64,000 nucleotides of DNA from Blastocatellia bacterium (lineage in GTDB: Bacteria; Acidobacteriota; Blastocatellia; UBA7656), in NCBI GenBank assembly GCA_045807765.1, contig JBJMGU010000232.1, forward strand, positions 1,618 through 65,617. The letters are read 5' to 3'. Positions within the stretch are counted from its first letter, which is position 1, and each line of letters starts with the position of its first letter. The translations under genes were made by a program, and so were the position numbers. Shown here in pieces: positions 59,184 through 64,000 of the stretch. The notes beneath the pieces were generated by a model that worked only from the letters and a program-made list of their open reading frames with translations, was not told where the DNA came from and searched no databases.

Positions 59184-60163
59184 CTTTCGGCTTCCATCTC
59201 TGGGTAATTCGTCAGCTTGATGTTCGACTGCGTCAGGCGCTCGCGGACGCGCCGGCTCAACAGGGTTTCAAACTCGATCTGGCATTGCTGCTCGTGGGCG
59301 TCGAGCGCGCGGTCTGCCGGATAGGTCGCCGGGTGAAAATAGATTTCTGCGGTCGCCGCTCGCAGGTTGTCGAGCGTGTAAAGAAAATAACTTTCGTCCA
59401 TGCGCCCGCTCTGCAAGTTGCCATAGACGCGCTCAGGCACAGTAAAGCCCGCCGCATACAGCTTGCGCTGCATGTAGCGCGCCAGCCCACCGAACTGAAT
59501 TGTAAATAGCGTCTTCTGCGCGCGGTGCGAGCGGTCAAAGCCGAGCGCCAGATGGCGTTCTTCCTGGGGCACGCGCATGCGCCGCGCGCCGTACTTAATC
59601 GCCTGCCTGAGTGCTTCGTTGAAGATCACCGGATGGACGTGCAGGTGCAGGTGGCCATCAACGTGCGAGAGTTTCAAGCCGGTCTCATGAAACCGCGCGA
59701 ACTGCGCGGCGATCTCGCGGCGCAGTTCGCGGCGCGCCGGCGGCGAGAAGAAATACTTCAGTCCGGCGGCCACCGGGTTGTTTGAAAAGTTCTGCGCCGC
59801 GTCAACCAGCGAGGGAATCTCTGACGGCGGCAACACGCTGCGGCCCATTACCGCGACCAGATGAATGCCGACCGCAAGCCGCGGATTCTCTTTCGCGAGT
59901 TTCACGGCCTGGGCTGCCGCTTCGCCCGTGACCATCAGGCTGGCGCTGGTCAGCACGCCTTCGCGGTGAGCGCGAATGATGGCTTCGTTGACCGCTTCCG
60001 ACATGCCGAAGTCGTCGGCGTTGACGATCAACCGGCGCGCCGCAGTCGCACTCGCCGCGGGACGCGCGACATCAGGCGTTGCCTCAAAGGCGCTCGCGCT
60101 GCCCCGGCTTGTGGCAAAGGCAGCGCGAGTTGAACTGGTTAGAGGAATGGCGCGGCGGGTCAT
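59180..60163 (-). CDS. hpnK: Hopanoid deacetylase HpnK (YdjC family)
   Basis: LIVNADDFG, LTSASLMV, HVDGHLHLHVHP, EIYFHP. Confidence 0.88.
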   Translation of the reverse strand: MTRRAIPLTSSTRAAFATSRGSASAFEATPDVARPAASATAARRLIVNADDFGMSEAVNEAIIRAHREGVLTSASLMVTGEAAAQAVKLAKENPRLAVGIHLVAVMGRSVLPPSEIPSLVDAAQNFSNNPVAAGLKYFFSPPARRELRREIAAQFARFHETGLKLSHVDGHLHLHVHPVIFNEALRQAIKYGARRMRVPQEERHLALGFDRSHRAQKTLFTIQFGGLARYMQRKLYAAGFTVPERVYGNLQSGRMDESYFLYTLDNLRAATAEIYFHPATYPADRALDAHEQQCQIEFETLLSRRVRERLTQSNIKLTNYPEMEAER

Positions 60164-61596
60164 TTGGCGGCCTGAGCGACAAACTCCTTGCGCTTGGCAC
60201 GTAGCGCGAGGAATTCGCGCGCTTCCTTGTAGAGCCGCCGGCGCTCGCGCCCATTGAAGATCGCCTTGCGAACGATGCGGAAGACGACCTTCGGGCGAAA
60301 GTAGTAACGGTCGTAGAAATGCTCGACCGATTGAACGATCTCTTCGCGCGACAATCCCGGATACTGAATGACCGGCAACTGGTGGCCCATGTCGTCGGTC
60401 ATGTCTTCGTCGAGCAGGTAGTTGTTCTGGCGCAGGTAATCATCGAACTCGGTGCCGGGGTACGAGTGCGCAATCGAGACCTGAATCGTTTCGCAGTCCA
60501 GTTCCTGCGCGTACTTCACCGTCGCTTCGATGGACTGATGGGTTTCGCCGGGCAGGCCGATGATGAAATCGCCGTGAACCTGGATACCGAGCTTCTTACA
60601 ATTCTTGACGAACTCGCGCCCCTGCTCGGCGGTCGCGCCCTTCTTGATGTTCTTGAGAATCTGGTTGTCGGCGGATTCAAAGCCGACGATCAGAAGCCGG
60701 CAGCCGGCATCGCGCATCGCCTTGAGCATGTCGTAATCGGCATGGACGCGCGACGTGCAAGACCATGTCTTCTTGATCGGCTTCAATGCCTCGCTCACTT
60801 CGATGGTGCGGCGCTTGCCCCACGAGAACGTGTCGTCATCAAAGAAGACCTCTTCGAGATTGGGGAACAGCTCCCAGGCGCGCTTGAATTCCTGGGCAAC
60901 GTTTGCAGCGCTGCGTGTGCGCCACGCGTGGCCGCTGATCGTCTGCGGCCACAGGCAGAAAGTGCAGAGTGCCGGGCAGCCGCGCGACGAATAGAACGAG
61001 ATAAAAGGATTCAACAGAAACGGCACGTTGTATTTGGTGATATCGAGGTCGCGTTTATAGATGTCAACGGCGAACGGCAGCGCGTCGAGATCGTGCAGCG
61101 GCGGGCGCTCGGCGTTGTGAACGATCTGGTCATCTCGACGATAACTGACATTGAGAATCTGATCGAGCGGGCGGCCTTCGGCGTATTCGGCCAGCGGGTA
61201 ATCGATCTCTTTGCGGACGACGAAATCAATGGCCGGGCTCGCCTTGAGCGCGGTATCGGGCTGCGTGGTGACGGGCGGGCCGACGAAAGCGATCTTCAGA
61301 TCGGGCTTGGCCGCCTTCATCATCTCGGCCAATCGTATGTCGTTATTCCAGCCGGGCGTGCTGGTGTAGAGCGCCACGAAGTCATAGTCCTTAGAGATTT
61401 CAATCGTCTGCTCAGGCGTCACGTCATGCGGCGGCGCATCGAGCAAACGGCTGTTTTTAATCAGGCCCGCCGGGTAAGACAGCCACACCGGATACCAGAA
61501 CGAAGCGATCTCGCGTGCCGCCGGCCATCGCGAGCCAGCGCCGCCGTCAAAGTTAGGGAACGAGGGCGGATTCAGCAGCAGTGTCTTCATGTGCAT
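60160..61596 (-). CDS. hpnJ: Hopanoid radical SAM protein HpnJ
   Basis: NPPSFxNFDGGAGSRW, CPALCTFC, FFDDDTF, GLPGET. Start may be 61590. Confidence 0.92.
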   Translation of the reverse strand: MHMKTLLLNPPSFPNFDGGAGSRWPAAREIASFWYPVWLSYPAGLIKNSRLLDAPPHDVTPEQTIEISKDYDFVALYTSTPGWNNDIRLAEMMKAAKPDLKIAFVGPPVTTQPDTALKASPAIDFVVRKEIDYPLAEYAEGRPLDQILNVSYRRDDQIVHNAERPPLHDLDALPFAVDIYKRDLDITKYNVPFLLNPFISFYSSRGCPALCTFCLWPQTISGHAWRTRSAANVAQEFKRAWELFPNLEEVFFDDDTFSWGKRRTIEVSEALKPIKKTWSCTSRVHADYDMLKAMRDAGCRLLIVGFESADNQILKNIKKGATAEQGREFVKNCKKLGIQVHGDFIIGLPGETHQSIEATVKYAQELDCETIQVSIAHSYPGTEFDDYLRQNNYLLDEDMTDDMGHQLPVIQYPGLSREEIVQSVEHFYDRYYFRPKVVFRIVRKAIFNGRERRRLYKEAREFLALRAKRKEFVAQAAK

Positions 61597-61622
61597 CCTT
61601 TCATCTGAGAGACCGTCAAACT

Positions 61623-61652
61623 GTTATAGCTTGACGGTTACGCAGGCGTCAA
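61623..61652 (-). promoter_or_regulatory. Putative promoter of the hpnJ operon
   Basis: TTGACG, 18 nt, TATAAC on the minus strand. Confidence 0.5.
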
Positions 61653-61718
61653 GCAAGCGGTTTTTCAAGTTTTTCTCGATGGCATCGGTGTAAAGCGAAT
61701 CTGGTTTGATCGCCTCTG

Positions 61719-62138
61719 CTAGGACTTCAATAAGCGTATGAATCCGGCTTGCTCAAAGTGATGATCGGTCGCCAACGCTTCGATCAGGTTTCGTTGCTGC
61801 ATAATGACAAAGCTCACGCAGTCCACGAGACTCCAGTCCTTGTCCTGCCGGTTTCTGAGCAGTCGCCAAGCGGCTTCGTCAATGGTCTTGTCTACATAAA
61901 CGATGTCGATGAAAGGTGACTGTTTCACGCCTTCAATGAAGGCGATGATGTCTGGCCGCGGGATACGCAGTGGGCTGGTAAGCAAGGCAACCAATTCAAC
62001 AATGATATAACTGGTCGTGATGACCCGATCCTCTCGCAACCGGGCGTCACGGTACAGGCTGGATGCGAGCGAATGGTAAGGTTGGGATGAATCTACCAGA
62101 TTACCCCAACCCGACGTGTCAACGAGCATTCCCGGCAT
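61719..62138 (-). CDS. vapC: PIN-domain (VapC-like) toxin
   Basis: LVDTSGW, TTSYIIVE, WSLVDCVSF, TDHHFEQAGF. Confidence 0.85.
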   Translation of the reverse strand: MPGMLVDTSGWGNLVDSSQPYHSLASSLYRDARLREDRVITTSYIIVELVALLTSPLRIPRPDIIAFIEGVKQSPFIDIVYVDKTIDEAAWRLLRNRQDKDWSLVDCVSFVIMQQRNLIEALATDHHFEQAGFIRLLKS

Positions 62139-62391
62139 CTGTGTCCGCTCCGCCAAGGGTATGCTTCAGCAATTCATCCCCGACATACTTGTCGTGATGA
62201 TCTGCCCAATCGGGAATCCGGCTGTCGAATGCGCCAATAAACTTTTCGACCGGGTCATCCGCAAGATGTTTGACGCTCTCGGTCATCAATTGCACAGCCA
62301 TCTGCTCAGGCGTCTTTCCCGCCTGCCCGGCAGACTTTGCCAGTGGCTCATAAACCTCTTCGGGTATTTCTAGGGTCAGCGTGCGGCTCAT
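62119..62391 (-). CDS. Putative RHH-like antitoxin
   Basis: TLTLEIPEEVYEPL, ending DWADHHDKY. Overlaps the PIN gene start. Confidence 0.75.
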   Translation of the reverse strand: MSRTLTLEIPEEVYEPLAKSAGQAGKTPEQMAVQLMTESVKHLADDPVEKFIGAFDSRIPDWADHHDKYVGDELLKHTLGGADTDAGNAR

Positions 62392-62440
62392 GACTTTCCT
62401 CGCACGACAATCATAGCATATCCCCCTACCAGGCAGATTG

Positions 62441-63178
62441 CTATTTCAGCTTCGCAAGATGCTGTTGGGCTTTGCCCCGCAGCTCGGCCAGCTCGTTCGG
62501 CGTGCGCACCGGGTCGCTTGAACTGATGATGCTCTCATAGAGCTTGCGAGCGTCGTCCTTGCGCCCCTTCTTTTCGTAGGTCTCGGCGAGCGCCATCTTC
62601 AGCTCGGCATTCGTAGGCGCGGCCTGATAACCGGCTTCGAGCCGCGCCAGGCCGCGCCCATCGTTGCCGCCGAACAGGCGCGGCAATTCCAGATCGAGCC
62701 TGCCGAGCGCCAAATAGATCGCGCCGTTCTTGTATGTCGGGTCAATGGCCAGCGCCGTCTCGAACGCTTTGCGCACCGCCTTGACCAGGCCGAGGGCGCT
62801 CAACGCGCCTTTCAGGTCGGCGTACTCGCCTTCGTTGGCCGCCAGCCAGAAATGGCCTTCGACGCGATTCGCATCCAGAGCGACGGCTTTCTTGGCGGCT
62901 TCAATGGCGGCTTCGTAGAGCTTCAAGCGCTTGGCTTTGTCCGGCTCGCGGTCGGCCAGATAGTACTTGTACTGGGCGACGCGATAGACCACTTCAAAAT
63001 TCGCCGGCTCTTTGACGCGCTGCGCTTCGACCATGGCGATAGCTTGCTTCAGGCTATCGAGGTTATCGCGCAAGCTAAACAGGCTGTCGGATTTCGCGAA
63101 CGGTGACTCCTGTGCAATGGCGGCGCTGCACGGCATCAATAGCAGCGTGAGAATAACCGCAAGTCGTTTCATAAGCAT
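62441..63178 (-). CDS. Secreted TPR protein (TatT-like)
   Basis: Signal peptide, AKKAVALD...GHFWLA, ALAIDP...LGRL...LPRLFGG. Confidence 0.7.
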   Translation of the reverse strand: MLMKRLAVILTLLLMPCSAAIAQESPFAKSDSLFSLRDNLDSLKQAIAMVEAQRVKEPANFEVVYRVAQYKYYLADREPDKAKRLKLYEAAIEAAKKAVALDANRVEGHFWLAANEGEYADLKGALSALGLVKAVRKAFETALAIDPTYKNGAIYLALGRLDLELPRLFGGNDGRGLARLEAGYQAAPTNAELKMALAETYEKKGRKDDARKLYESIISSSDPVRTPNELAELRGKAQQHLAKLK

Positions 63179-63190
63179 TGAACGCTCTCT

Positions 63191-63940
63191 TTAATGGCGC
63201 GAGCCTTGACTTGACTGGGCGCGCGGGTCGCCGGTCGGCGACGGCGCGTGATCGGTTTTCGCCGGCGGCCCCAGCAGTTCTGTGAAGATCGGTTTCAAGG
63301 CGTCGGCCCACACCTGATAGCCTTTGACATCCAGGTGCAGCCCGTCGGCATTCGCCATCCCTGCAAGCAAATGGCCCTCGGCGTCGGCCAGTTTGTCGTT
63401 GATGTTGAGATACCTGATCTTTTTGCCGTCGGCGAATCTCGCGATGTTGGCATTGATCTGATTGATGATCGGCATCACCGCCATATTGTCGTTGCGCGGC
63501 GTGATGCCCATCAGCACGATGGTCGCTTCGGGAGCCTTCTGCCGACAAACGTCAAGAATGGCTTTGATGCTGCGACTGATCTCCGCAACGCGCGGGTCAT
63601 CCTTGCCCTGCGGCGACAGCTTGCCGACATTATTGGTTCCGGCCATAATTACGATGATCTTGGGATGGACGTTATCCAGCTCGCCGTTGTCGAGCCGCCA
63701 GAGAATATTCTGCGTGGTGTCGCCGCCCCAGCCGAAGTTGCCGGCATTCCAGCCGAAGAAATTCTGCCGCCAGTTCGCCAGAAAGCCTTTATACTGCTCG
63801 TCACTGGTGCCCCAGCGCCGTGTGATCGAGTCGCCTAAGAAATAAATATCAATGCCGCCTTTGCGCGCCTTCTCTAACAATTGCGTGTGGGCAATCTGCG
63901 AATTCCGGTCACTGCGCGGAGCGGGCTGATCGGCGGCCAT
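63191..63940 (-). CDS. GDSL/SGNH hydrolase (PAF-acetylhydrolase-like)
   Basis: FLGDSIT, FGWGGDTT, AGTNN, DGLHL. ATG 63940 has GGAGG, but the frame stays open to the window edge. Confidence 0.85.
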   Translation of the reverse strand: MAADQPAPRSDRNSQIAHTQLLEKARKGGIDIYFLGDSITRRWGTSDEQYKGFLANWRQNFFGWNAGNFGWGGDTTQNILWRLDNGELDNVHPKIIVIMAGTNNVGKLSPQGKDDPRVAEISRSIKAILDVCRQKAPEATIVLMGITPRNDNMAVMPIINQINANIARFADGKKIRYLNINDKLADAEGHLLAGMANADGLHLDVKGYQVWADALKPIFTELLGPPAKTDHAPSPTGDPRAQSSQGSRH

Positions 63941-64000
63941 GGTCGCGCCTCCGTTGCGAAAGAATAGGTGTTGAGGCTTAACCTCGCTTCCTTTCACCAG

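Overview
GC-rich bacterial chromosomal window, most consistent with an Acidobacteriota (Blastocatellia-like) genome; this is an inference from gene content and protein style. In order it holds: (1) housekeeping and membrane genes (UvrD-like helicase, ilvE, O-methyltransferase, cysS, aldehyde dehydrogenase, SPFH/zinc-ribbon cluster, acyl-CoA carboxylase beta, HU, M50 protease, LOG, TPM, ZIP); (2) a 14-gene dcw operon from mraZ to ftsZ with MraZ boxes; (3) a RiPP-like trio of HprK-like kinase, PqqD/RRE fused to a Tat-like leader and a Cys/Ser/Thr-rich core, and a nucleotidyltransferase; (4) three tandem giant secreted proteins with unrelated N-terminal cargo and a shared ~820-aa C-terminal C25 (gingipain/PorU-like) module; (5) hopanoid side-chain genes hpnJ/K/I, a PIN toxin-antitoxin pair, a TPR protein and a GDSL hydrolase. 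The most striking non-coding signal is a set of 12 inverted-repeat elements whose arms are tandem 7-mers (one 8-mer) of differing sequence. All 12 lie at co-directional gene junctions, on or near the upstream stop codon, and 8 of them occupy 8 of the 13 dcw junctions. No tRNA, rRNA, CRISPR array or transposase was recognised. All calls were made by eye, without database searches.
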